Part shown: positions 1 through 11,445 of the stretch, piece after piece | Layout of the letters: each line of letters starts with the position of its first letter | How positions within the stretch are numbered: position 1 is the first letter of the stretch | Origin: Octopus bimaculoides | Taxonomy: Eukaryota | Reading direction: 5' to 3' | Length of the DNA stretch: 64,000 nucleotides | Assembly: GCF_001194135.2 (NCBI RefSeq) | Contig: NC_069004.1 | Location: 22,111,503 to 22,175,502, forward strand | Notes under the pieces: model-generated | Seen by the model: only the letters and a program-made list of their open reading frames with translations | Database searches by the model: none | Told to the model about the DNA's origin: nothing | Translations under genes and position numbers: made by a program

Positions 1-370
1 ACCACAACTGACCAACTACTTTCTCCCTTTCTCCCTTCCCCCATTTTCACACTACATACGTCAAGATCACCAGCAGTCTACCTCCCACACACAGCCCCTC
101 GTTCCCGATCACCGTTTGTTATCTCCCCCTTTCTTAGCTCTCCTGAAATAAGAATTTCTAACTTCCGGTCAGTCATTGTTATGATCGGCCATTATTATGA
201 TTGACCGTTGACTGAACACTATTCAATTTTTTTTCTCCGTGTTTTTCTCCTTGTCTCCGTATTCTTTCTGTTGAAGAGCGTAGCTCGAAACGTCAAAGAC
301 TTTCCGTATTCCCGAGCGTCATACTAATATATACTTTTGTTATTTACACCACCTGTCCTCGTCTTTTGTA
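1..370 (+). mobile_element. 3' end / pseudo-LTR of a probable Penelope-like element (cut by window edge)
   Basis: CpG-retaining repeat-like sequence containing the hammerhead motif and ending at a (TA)n tract. No ORF evidence within the window. Confidence 0.45.
263..299 (+). ncRNA. Minimal type I hammerhead-ribozyme-like motif (core variant CUGUUGA) in a Penelope-like terminal repeat
   Basis: Stem I TCTTT(263-267)/AAAGA(295-299); core CTGTTGA plus extra A; stem II GAGC-GTA-GCTC; GAAA; palindromic ACGT stem III; GUC cleavage triplet at 292-294. Confidence 0.6.
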
Positions 371-661
371 TATTCTCCCATATATATATATATATGTATG
401 TATGTATCATTGCTATTATGCAAAAGTGTCGTAAGTTCAAAACGTTGCTTTTTCAGAAAACGAAGAAATAGTTTCACCATTCTTTAGCAAAACTGTTGTA
501 TTACACTTTGACAATTTTTGATATCTTGGAATCTGAAGCAGTTGGAGATACGATAGTTTGACCACAAAAGAACCGGCTATTCAAAGCAAAAATAAATATT
601 GAAAAAAAAATGCATTTGGCCAAATTTAGATATACAACAGTTTAACATAATAGCAACAATA

Positions 662-697
<36 letters not shown>

Positions 698-1276
698 CAT
701 ACAAGAAATATAAATATTAATATTATTTGAAATAATATTACTACCCAGCAAGAATAAAGCACCATAAAAAGAAGAATTTATAAATATACAAAATTGATAT
801 ACACGAAGTATGATCATTGCTAGAAATAGCAGCCGGTAAGCTATCAGCACTATGTAGAACTTCACTGAATGTTTACAGGCAGAGATGTTTGCAAGCAGTG
901 AATATAGGAAAATTCCATCTTACTTCCATACAGACTGTTAGAGGAATGAAGGATAATTCATTATTGCAGTTTTAAACTTTTTGGATCATGTGCATGAGCA
1001 CGAATCCAATTGGTTATCTTCCGTTGAGTCTACCATTGACAACAAAATTTTCAAAATATATACTACATCTTTGCCTGTTTACTTGGCTTTAAATCTCAGT
1101 TAAAATCACAACGAAGATCAATGAAAAAATATGCAAGAAATATAAATATTATTAACAATAATATTACAATCCAGCAAGAATAAAGCACCATAAAAGGTAG
1201 AATTATAAATATACAAAGTTGATGTACAGAAAGTACAGTCATTGCTAGAAACAGCAGCTGGTAAGCTCTAACTCCT

Positions 1277-1683
1277 CATGTTTATTTGTGAGATGTGACA
1301 GCAAAGAAGAGCACACATTCACTCTCTGCGCGTGATTAGACTTGGAAAGTTTGTGAGGAACCCATGACCCAATTTGCTGACTTTTCTGATGGCATGCAGG
1401 TGTCGATTAATGGCTGAATGACAAAATCCAAGCTTCTGTGCTAATTCCTGATGGGATTTTGTTCCACCAGGGTTTGCAGGACATCCCTGTTGAGCTCTAC
1501 AGATCTTCTAGGACAAGGCTCATTTTCTAGGCTCGGAATTTCTGGAACCATCATTGATACTGGCCTACACTTATTATCTGATCCCCATATACTGCATTAA
1601 TATTCCTCTTGTTTTCTGTTGCATTGTTGCCTTTATTGAACGCAAAGCAAAATATGCTGAATATGCTCCTTTGTCACTTCCAT
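1277..1683 (-). mobile_element. Decayed mariner transposase, N-terminal fragment
   Basis: Translation MEVTKEHIQHILL..FNKGNNATENKRNINAVYGD..WFQKFRA..LGSWVPHKLSKSNHAQRVNVCSSLLS contains the HTH region and WVPHxL motif, with stops and frameshifts. Resembles the N-terminus of the element at 36593-37879. Confidence 0.85.
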
Positions 1684-1865
1684 TACAGCTTTGTAAAAAT
1701 AACTGCTAAAATCTAACTGCACTCTTCAAAACTTGCACTAAGAATAACGACAAGGTAAAATTACTACCTGCTTTTATAGCAAGTTGACGCAGGTAGTTTA
1801 TCCCATCCCCCTCCAACTGCATTATTTATGGGATGATCCACTATATATATATATATATATATATA

Positions 1866-2090
1866 TATCCTTTTATTCTTTTACTTGTTTCAGTCATTTG
1901 ACTGTGGCTATGCCAGAGACACAAACATACATATATATATATACACAACAGGCTTCTTTCAGTTTCTATCTACCAAATCAACTCATAAGGCTTTGATCGG
2001 CCCAAGGCTATAGTAGAAGACACTTGCTCAAGGTGCCATGTAGTTGGTAAGCAAGCTACTTACCACACAGCCACTCCTACGCCTATATAC
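1866..2090 (-). mobile_element. tRNA-derived SINE, internally deleted copy
   Basis: Reverse complement of the head and tail modules seen at 13371, 35786 and 54386. Confidence 0.7.
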
Positions 2091-2094
2091 ATAT

Positions 2095-2725
2095 ATACTA
2101 GCTGACATACCCTGTAATTCCCAGGAAAGCGGGGCTTATCCTTTGGTTCCATTCTCATAATTGTTTTACGAATCCGATAACAACAATACAAAGTATGTAG
2201 CCCTTAAACCGGTTTTTGTGCATTTACAGAGAATACCGAACTGTCTTACACAGGATCTTGTTTTTAGGACTTCCTAATAAGTTACGAATACTCAAATTGT
2301 GAAGTCAGTTATGAAATAACATGAAATTAGTTACCTGATAGTAAGAATTCAAATAAAGTAGCCCCCAAAAGGGCTTTAATGCACTCCCCCAGTATATAGA
2401 ACTTAGGAGAAAATACTAATAAGGTATGTATACTAAAATCGTGAAGCATGGTGGGTAATAACAATTCATAACTTTGAAAAGGGCTTTTGTGCATTCCCAG
2501 CGAATATTACCCTAGTGTTGGTATATTCATGAATAAGTCACTAACGGAAATAAGTTGATCTGTTATTTAGGAAAATACTATTTACTTGTTTAAGAACTGT
2601 ACTGGATAAACTGCGAAAATAACTCTAACAGTTCAAATACTAAGAAATGAGCATACTCAATTTCATTTTTACCAAATAGTTTAAGAAAATGAATGTGTTA
2701 TTTCCCCTTGGCTATATATAAGGAT
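2095..2725 (+). mobile_element. Possible non-autonomous Helitron/Helentron-like (HINE/Lep1-type) element
   Basis: Starts tACTAGCtgacataccc and ends ctatatataaggat, resembling HINE/Lep1-type termini; internal recurring AAAAGGGCTTT motifs. Recognition is from the termini only. Confidence 0.3.
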
Positions 2726-3170
2726 CCCTTTCAACAATCTGAGTATGCCATGAGGTTTCCAGACATGAGTTCTACTCATGTATCATTTCATCAAAATTGA
2801 TAAAACGATGAGGAGTTAGCTAACAACTCCACAAACACACCCACAGACAGAATTTCCCACATATGTAGTGGATATTTCTTCAAAACCAGAAAATATGTGT
2901 GGCAAACAAGAAAATATGTGTGAATGTGTGTGCAAGTTCTCAATGCATGGCACCTTGGACAAATATCTGTTACTCAGGCCAACCAATGATTGTGGAATTC
3001 ATAGACAAAATCTGTATGAAAGCCTTTCATATATCACACAGACAGCCATGTACAGATCTGGATATTAAACTGGTGCTTCTGTTTAAACAAAAAAATAAAA
3101 TGATATTGTGAAAACTATGTTGTAAACTAATATTACTTTCCTTCCAGATTGTACTTGGCTTCAAAATAAA

Positions 3171-4190
3171 ATGGTGAACCTAGAGAGATTAAAAGAATAC
3201 AAGTGGCCTGGGGAATAGAAAAGGAAGGTAGCAGGGTATGCAGTTTGTGCTAGTATGAGTAGCAAGGTCGTTGTTGACAACTTAAAGCTCCCACAGTGCA
3301 CAGCCCAGAGGTGAGGAAGGAATTAGGACAGTAACTGATATTGTGGCTGCGAGGAAAACTCATAATTGCAGTAAACAAATTTCAGTGAGAGATACTGATT
3401 TCATGCAGTAAGTCAAGCAGTTCATTGAGGAAGAACACTCTATTGGGATACAGGAGATTGTCAGGCAACTGGGCTGTGATGAAAAGACCATTAGGACTTG
3501 TGTAATGAAGACCTTCATTACAAGTCTTACAAGATGCAGATAGGACAGTTGCTCACACAGAAGTCCAAGGAGAACTGCATGAAGCAGGCCAAGAAGCTGT
3601 TGAACAAGTTGAAACATCTCCTGGAATCGAACTTGATGTGGTTTTTCCAAGATGAAAGAAAACTTTTTGCCAGAATAATGCACAGAACAAGCAGAATAAC
3701 AAGTGGTTAGCAGTTAGCCCACATGATGTTCTCAGGGTTGTGAAAACCAGGTTTCCTGTCCACATCATGGCTTTTCACATGCTCAGTAGTGAGAGACATG
3801 TCATGCCCTATCACATCTTTAATGTAGGCCTGAAGGTGAACCAGGGGTTTTGGAGGCTGTAGTGAAGCCCTAGATTGAAGAAGTATTAGAGGGAAGATCT
3901 TATGTGTTCCAGTAAGATTCTGCACCTATGCATATAGCCAGGAAGACTAAAAAAAGTGACTCTCAAACAACTTTTACAACCATGCCAACCTGGACATGTG
4001 GCCTCCCAATTCTCAAGACTGCAATCCTCCAGACTATTTTTTTGAGGTGCAGTCAAGAGAGTCACCAATAAAATTGTCTGCAACACCAAGAACGAGCTGG
4101 AGCAGTGCATCTACCAGACATTCCAAGATTAATTGGATACAACTGTGAAATGTACCTGTTCCCAATTTTGTGGTAACCTTGAAGAGATTG
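3171..4190 (+). mobile_element. Decayed Tc1/mariner-superfamily transposase, maT/DD37D-like
   Basis: Motifs FFQDERK, K(T)RFPVHIM, YVFQ*DSAPMHIARKT and DMWPPNSQDCNPPDY, with multiple stops and frameshifts. TIRs not confidently located. Confidence 0.85.
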
Positions 4191-4914
4191 TTAAAATGGG
4201 GGAAGGGGAGTGATATTGAATTATCATATAGGATACAGGTCCAGTAACTTGACGTATCTATGCCTTTTTGCTGGCTGCGCCAATTCAATGTTCACACCCT
4301 GTACATATCTCTGCATATATGTGTGTGTATGTGTATTTGTGCATTTGTGTGAATGCTTACATTCTATACTTATGGAAACAAAGATGTCATTCAGTGGCAC
4401 CAAGTTAAGCTATAGCCCTGAATTTTGAAGACAAGTGGATTAAAATACCTTACTTGCAAAACAGGTACAGTTTAGCAGCAGAAAGGGTACCTGACTGCGA
4501 AACAATCTGTTTATAAAAAATATTTGTTCAACCCCTGTTAGCAACAGAAATGAATATAGAAACATGCATATTTTTTCTGGCTACAGACATTGGGCTGTGG
4601 CCACGCTGGGGCAGAGCCTACATGAATTTTTAATCAATTATTTCTCTTCAGTGTTTAGAATGGTACAAATTTATTTACTGGATTAGGTGACATCCATTGA
4701 AAATTAACTCCTTTTAATGTATTTGGATACATCTGTCGTCATTTATCATGAGGATCTAGTTTCAAGAAAACACAGTGATAAATTAATCATTTCCATGCCC
4801 TTTACAAATGGAACAACTGATATGACATGTCTGTTATCAAACGCTCATTGAAATATTTTCAGATGCTGAATGCCATCCCCACTTCCCATGTTTCCTCCCA
4901 TATCCCTTTCCCAG

Positions 4915-7320
4915 TTTTCAGATTTGGTACTGTCAATGTAGGCACATTGAAAGGTAGGTCTAGCAAGATTATTGAGATGCTTGAAGCATGTTACATTCAA
5001 GAAGGTGGAGGGAAGCTTCAGCCAGGTTATTCACAGGCAAGACATAAGTATTAAATCCTCTAGGAAGGTAACAGTGACGGGGTAGGTGGTGTGGGCATAC
5101 TTTTTGCAGAGAAATGGGTTGATAAGGTCATAAAGGTAGTCAGAGTAGTACAGCAATAATTATGTCTGCCGATGACACCCCCACCCCAGGAGGGTCTGTC
5201 AAACACACAAAAGGACCACTTTTATGATATCCTTCTGCAGGCTACCTCAAAAGACAAATGACAATAACTTTATCTTCATGGCTGGTGATTTCAATGGACA
5301 TGTTGGACAGCAGCCAGGTATATTCCATGGTGTACATGGGGTCCATGGAATTGGTTCCCCAAACAAGAGGGAACAAGGCTGCTGGAATTCTGTGATGTGA
5401 ATAACCTAATGATCTACAACACCAACTTCAGGAAGCCTGCCAGTCACCTGATAACCTATCAATCAGGCGACCATGCTAGCCAGATTGATTACATTTTCAC
5501 CAGACAGCAAGATACATGGTTGCTCATAAATGCAAAGACCTTCCCTGGTGAAGAATGTATACCCCAGCATAGACTAGTCATTAGTGACTTTAGACTTCAG
5601 GCCAGAAGGATGCCAAGAAGCAGACCAATCTGGAAAAGAAGAATTTGGAAGCTTAAGATTCATATGGTCAGAGATTTAGGGGCATCCTAATTGAGAAATT
5701 TAATGAGGAGGAACTACAGACTTGTAAAAAAAAAGGGGCAACTGGAAATTCCTGTGGGACAGCTTGCTGAGTGCCACAAGCCAAATACGCAACTGGTGCA
5801 AAATACCACCCAGACCTAGGGTGAGATGGTGGTGGAACGATGCTGTAGACAAGACCATCAGAACAAAGAAACAGGCCTTGAAGAACTGGAAGAGTGGTGT
5901 TAACAGAGAACTATAAAAGATAGTTAGGAGGGAGGCTAGAAAACAGGTATACTCAGCCAGGGAAGAAGCAGAAAGGAGGAAGTTAGCTAATATTCTGCGT
6001 CATGAGGACCAGAAGTTTGAAGTGTTCCGGATTGCAAGACAGTGTATCAGAGAGAATCATGATGTGGTAGGAGAGAAATGTGCTCACATGGATGATAGCT
6101 CACTTACAGTTAGTGATTTTGCAAGGAAGGAGTCTTGGAAGTGTTGATATTAAAGGCAGCTAAATGTAGAGAATGCATGGCAGGGGAGCCAGCCTAATGT
6201 GGACCCAACAGGGGATGTTTATTCAAATTGACAGTAGCTTAGTAGATAAAGCAATTAAGGATACGAAGACAGGGAAAACTGCTGGCCCATCGGGAATCAC
6301 TGCTGAGATGCTTAAAATCTCTGGCAGAATGGGATATGACATGGCCACCCATATAGTTAATCAGGTTGTCATACTCAATGATTGGTGTAGCAACATAATA
6401 GTCAACTGTTACAATGGCAAAGCTGATGCACTAGACAGACATAATTACAGAAGTATCAAATTCCTGAACCACATGATGGAAGTTGCAGAAAGGATCATAA
6501 CTGAATTAATTAGGAAGATGCAGTTTGAATTTGTGTCAGGGAGAAGCACCACCGATGCTATATTCCTGGTGAGGCAACTACAGGAGAAATATTTGGCTAA
6601 GGATAAACCTTGGTTTCTGGCTTTTCTTGACATGGAGAAACCTGTGCCCATGCTGCGTAAAAGCACCCAGTATACTTTGTAAAGTCATTGGCATTAGGAA
6701 GGGCATCCAGCTGTAGAAATCATGCCAAAACAGACATGGAGCCTGAACATCTTGTCAGCATGGAAAATGGATGTTAAATGATGATGATGATGATAAATTC
6801 TTTGCAATGCTTCGAACGCTCTAGGCAATCTACTTCGCAGTGGAGGAGGGTGTTCTGAAGTTGTAGTAGCCAGAATAAGGAAAGTGTAGTAAAAGTCATG
6901 AGTGCTGTTACTTTCTGCTGACAACAAGGGATTCTCTCTCTTTGCGTGATGTGAGTATACAAATTATGATATTGGATGTATAATGTCAGTATGCATGTAT
7001 GTTGAGACATAGAGGAAACTCAAATATAAGAGAAATCAAATGTAGTGTGCAAGACAGAAGGATATGTAATGCATATGGATGATGGTAGATTGGGAAAAAA
7101 ATGCCAGGTGATACATGTGTAAGGACAGAATTGAAGAAGAAGACTGAGGAAGACCGGGGCAAATGCAGAGGAAACTGATCTAATAATGCTGAACCTCACA
7201 AAAGAATGCAATATATGGTGCAACCCTGTGTTGAGGAAAGATGTGTCCAACCCATGCAAGCATGGAAAATCGGATATAAAAGTGATGTGTTCGATATATC
7301 ATCATCAGCATCATCACCAT
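4915..7320 (+). mobile_element. Decayed RTE-clade LINE (AP endonuclease + RT N-terminus; C-terminal piece after an internal deletion and inserted repeat)
   Basis: FGTVNVGTLKGRS, AGDFNGHVG, NTNFRKPASHLITYQSG..QIDYIF, QHRLVISDF (APE); KTAGPSGITAEMLK, GRSTTDAIFLVRQLQEKY, FLDMEK (RT); LRSGGGCSEVVVARIR at about 6835; (CAT)n-like tail. A short repeat interrupts at about 6660-6795. Confidence 0.9.
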
Positions 7321-7430
7321 CGTTCTACATCTGTTATCTACGCTGGCATGGATCAAATGGGTGTTCATGGACCAAGGGAGTTTTTAAGAGGACTTTCTGT
7401 CCACTAAATTTTGCTCACAAGGCAATGGCC

Positions 7431-7592
7431 AACATGAAGCTAGAGCAGAAGAACCCAACATGAAGCTAGAGCAGAAGAACCCAACATGAAGCTAGAGCAG
7501 AAGAACCCAACATGAAGCTAGAGCAGAAGAACACAACATGAAGCTAGAGCAGAAGAACCCAACATGAAGCTAGAGCAGAAGAACCCAACATG
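7431..7592 (+). repeat. 26-bp minisatellite x6 (AACATGAAGCTAGAGCAGAAGAACCC) inside a SINE
   Basis: Units start at 7431, 7457, 7483, 7509, 7535 and 7561; there is one substitution (unit 4 ends GAACAC). Confidence 0.95.
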
Positions 7593-7811
7593 TTGCAAGG
7601 CGGGACTGAACCTGAATCCATGCAATTGCAAAGTGAACTTCTTAATCAGACAACCATGCCTCCACCTTATTTTCATCAGATATTACAAATTCATTCCTAA
7701 CAACATATCATGAATAGATAACACTATTATATCCTGATGGTCACAAAGGAATACACTTATCTGCATAACTGTATAACAATACATCCCCCTCTCTCTCTTT
7801 CTCTTTTCCTA

Positions 7812-7860
<49 letters not shown>

Positions 7861-8133
7861 CTCTCACTCTCACTCTCTTTCTCTCTCTCTCTGTATAGAT
7901 TATTATATAATTTCTCATCTTCTTACATCATTGCAGATCATTATTAAAATATTCCTATTGTCACACCACATCCATCTCATGCACTCATTTGTTGACATTT
8001 ATGTTTATTTCTTTAGTTAGTTATTATCCATCATTGCCTAGGGGTACTTTACTCCACTTGGTGCTCACGGAAGAAGCAATTCATTGTTTAGCAATATCCA
8101 ATTGTGAAAAATTACTTCATACATATTTCACAT

Positions 8134-8232
8134 ACATGCATATACAAATATATGTGTGTGTGTGTATACATACATATGTATCGTTATATACATACATACG
8201 TATTGTTATATACATACAGATCATTAAATACG

Positions 8233-8312
<80 letters not shown>

Positions 8313-8551
8313 TATACATATATATATGCATATACAAATATGTATGCATACACATATATATATATATATATGCAATATATATATGTGCATATACATACAT
8401 ATATATGCATGTATATATGCATATACATACATATATATGCATGCATATATATATATGCATATATATGTGCATATATATATATGCATATATATATATGCAT
8501 ATATATATGTGTGTGTGTATGTGTGTATATATATATATACACACACACACA
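8134..8551. repeat. Compound (TA)n/(TG)n/(CATA)n microsatellite array
   Basis: Read directly; source of the spurious YI/IY-repeat ORFs. Confidence 0.95.
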
Positions 8552-8559
8552 CAAGAAAT

Positions 8560-11345
8560 TTTTGTCTCTTTTTATAGAAACAAAAGGGTTTATAGGAATG
8601 CAAAAAAAGAAGTGTTCAAATGTAATTGAGACAGAGATAAAAAACATTGATCATAGAACAAACATCAAATTCGGGTCAATGGCTTTATATATAACACCCT
8701 ACCTCCAAACATTTGATCATATATAAATATTACCATGGTTCTTCAATTAAAAAATTTACATATACAAAAAATACAAAAGGTAAAAATATATATGCAATTA
8801 AAATACAAATATATAGAACAGCCTATCAAAAAGGTAAATATAACCAACTAAAAATTCATAAAAATTCCAAAATGTGTCATGCTACTAAATAACTAAATAA
8901 ACTAAGATAAAATAAAATGTCAATTGACTAAAAAAGATTTTTTTAAAAGTTTTTTTTTACTCCCATCACACAAGAGTGTGTCCCAAAAGTTCAATTCTTG
9001 AAACCATGGTAGGTTAGAGTCCAGGAGCAACAAGAGTTCCACAAATCAATTCAAACACATCTATGGCCATTTTGGGAGTTCATTGCCGTGGTTCAATTAT
9101 GTTTAAAGTGCTACTGGGCAATGTCCCCCTCATCAGGATGAACAGGGCACGCACAAAAAACCAAAAATTTCATACAACACCGCATGGCTAATTTAAAGAT
9201 AAACCCATCACAGGACCAGTCCAAAATTTTCTACCCCACCCCAAAGAAAAAGTATTATTTCATTGCTAAACATGCAGGTGGATGCTGTTAATAGAAATTT
9301 TAAATCCCCGGTTTCGAAATCCTGTAAAACTATATATTATTTACTACATCTACTTTTACTTCTATACACTTTCAGAAAAGTAGAAGAAAACTTATGATTG
9401 CAAAAAGGGATCACCTCAGTAAATTTATTTAAAGTTTTAGTCCCAAAAGACTTAAGGATGGCAAGGGATTCCCTTACACATAACTTACACTTATTAATAT
9501 TAACTCTGAAATAAGGGGCCCTTGATATAACAGACAATTTAAGAGAATAACTTTTATTATTCCTCTTTAAACTATGTGTATAAGAGGCAAGCGTAGTAGA
9601 GTTACAATATTTTTTGTTCAAAAACAAATTCATGTAGGCTCTATACCTAGCCTTAAAATTTACAGTACTGCCTATATAAAACTTATCCAAATTACTCTCT
9701 TCTTTAACAATGCATTTATATATGGCATTTGTAGTGAGACAGAACCCATCAAGAGGACATAATCCAGGGTTTCTACAATTACAGGATTTGCATGAGCCAT
9801 CCCTAACATTATTACTAATACTAACATTATTTATCTGGCTTCCCGCACTCTTTCGTTCACATATCTCATCACTGGGGGTTGAAAAGACTGGTGGGAGCAA
9901 AATGGTTTGTAGCACTAACCTTAGGCATATTAGAGCTTACCTGCCCAATACCAGGGTTTCCAGCAGAAGAATAATTCCTGTGCATTTGCCAATTTAACTT
10001 GCTTCTATTAATAGATGCAATAATGGAGGCCAAATTTGGCATTATTGAGTAAGAAAATTTGATGGAAGTCTTATTGCAGATGCTGTAGTATTTATGATTC
10101 TTTGGGAAATTCTTCAGAATCCTAAAAAATTGCTTGGGCAAGTTTCTTACTGTAAGAGAAAAAGGAGGGGGGGGGGCTGAACCATATCACTTCCTGTATT
10201 CTAGAATGTGAGCTCTTGGTTTTACCCATCTCCTCACTACCACTATCTATTCCTAACCTCTTTATATACGTGTCTAATTGATGGCTTATATTGGTTGCAA
10301 TCAGATAATGCATTGCATTTCTCCCAACTATCCGTGACATGGTAAGGTGGTAGACCAGCCATTTTGTCTTTAAGTCTCATGTTAGGTATATATGAAATTT
10401 TAGTTTTCAAGCAGCTTAGAGCGTTGTTGTATACCGACGCATGTTGATCAAAAATCTCTTCGTTTGCGGACAAGTTAGAGATTCTGATCGAGATAGCAGT
10501 AATGATGTTATCAGTAGTGGATTTCAGATGATTGGAGGAGACATTGATATATGAGATGGATTTGTTTGGTTTATGAAATGGGTAGTATAAACCCGTATCC
10601 CAATTCAAGGTAACACTGCAGTTAACATAAAAAATAATGCTAAGATTAACGAAATCCTTTAAGAAACCTCTCAGGGATTTCCTCAATCTATTCAATGCAG
10701 TTTTAGACTGGCCACGTACAGCTAGAAGTGCATCATCCCTATATAACCACCCAGTGAGGAGGGGAATACTATCTTTAATCTGCGAAAGGAGATATAGGCC
10801 TACTAAATTGGTCACCTATGCTGAATCAGATGACACCATAGTAATATTGAAGAAATTGGTGGCATAAGCCCTCTGCCAATCACACTCGTTGTAGGAGATG
10901 AGGGTCTCCCTTGCCGCTAAAATAACATCAATACTCAACTAGGGATATTCGCAAATTTGCAAGCGAAAATCAGGGCCTCATTTAGCAATATAGGGGATAT
11001 GGAATTGTAATAATTTGAGATATCAAACTGTATAAAATCTAAATTAGGCTTATCAATAAGGGAGTCAAACTATAGGATAACATCCGCAGTAAAGTTCCAT
11101 AGTGGAAGCTAAACCCTATCCCTCATGATGGGAATAATCCGATCAATAATATATTTACTGATTCTGCCCAAATCAGACTTGGTTGAGCAGATTAATCTAA
11201 TCAAAGGATTTGATAAAAAATCATTATTGCCCTTCAAGAGACAATTGGGAGTTTTTGGGGCATAAGGTTGGGTTCAATCAGGCAGGCCCAAACCAGAGAT
11301 GATTTCTAAATGAGTGCCATTAATCACATCCAAAGCATATATATA
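8560..11345 (-). mobile_element. Penelope-like retroelement (RT + GIY-YIG endonuclease + 3' pseudo-LTR), decayed, cut by an N-gap
   Basis: ORF 10243-10815 contains NLVGLYLL..WLYRDDALL (PLE RT YRDD) and YYPFHKPN..ISYINVSSNH. ORF 9337-9915 contains CNCRNPGLCPLDGFC..NAIYKCIV..FYIGSTVNFKARY (GIY-YIG). The AT-rich 3' region carries a hammerhead motif. The lower boundary is approximate. Confidence 0.92.
9058..9140 (-). ncRNA. Hammerhead ribozyme motif in the Penelope 3' region, G12-to-A mutated
   Basis: Minus strand: CATC-CTGATGA-GGGGG.A.CATTGCC-(29-nt loop)-GGCAATG.AA.CTCCC-AAAA-TGGCCAT-A-GATG. Stem I CATC/GATG; stem III palindrome ATGGCCAT; AUA triplet; the GAAA core reads AAAA (position 9073). 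Confidence 0.7.
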
Positions 11346-11445
11346 NNNNNNNNNNNNNNNNNNNNNNNNNNNNNNNNNNNNNNNNNNNNNNNNNNNNNNN
11401 NNNNNNNNNNNNNNNNNNNNNNNNNNNNNNNNNNNNNNNNNNNNN
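11346..11445. other. Assembly gap (100 N); further gaps at 13048-13345, 31057-31066, 39344-39789, 45027-45065, 52529-52579, 54745-54906
   Basis: N runs; adjacency and distances across them are not reliable. Confidence 1.

Noticed and set aside
2328-2360. Minus-strand CTTACTATCAG|GTAACT
   Set aside because: Weak tract and donor, and it lies inside a putative Helitron-like element.
7431-7592. CRISPR-like regular repeat
   Set aside because: No spacers; a pure tandem repeat in eukaryotic DNA.
7989-8726. Long ORFs rich in YI/IY/CV/HT repeats (also 12194-12979, 44904-45300, 52406-52782, 55413-55736 and many others)
   Set aside because: Translations of (TA)n, (TG)n and (GA)n microsatellites or N-gaps; not genes.
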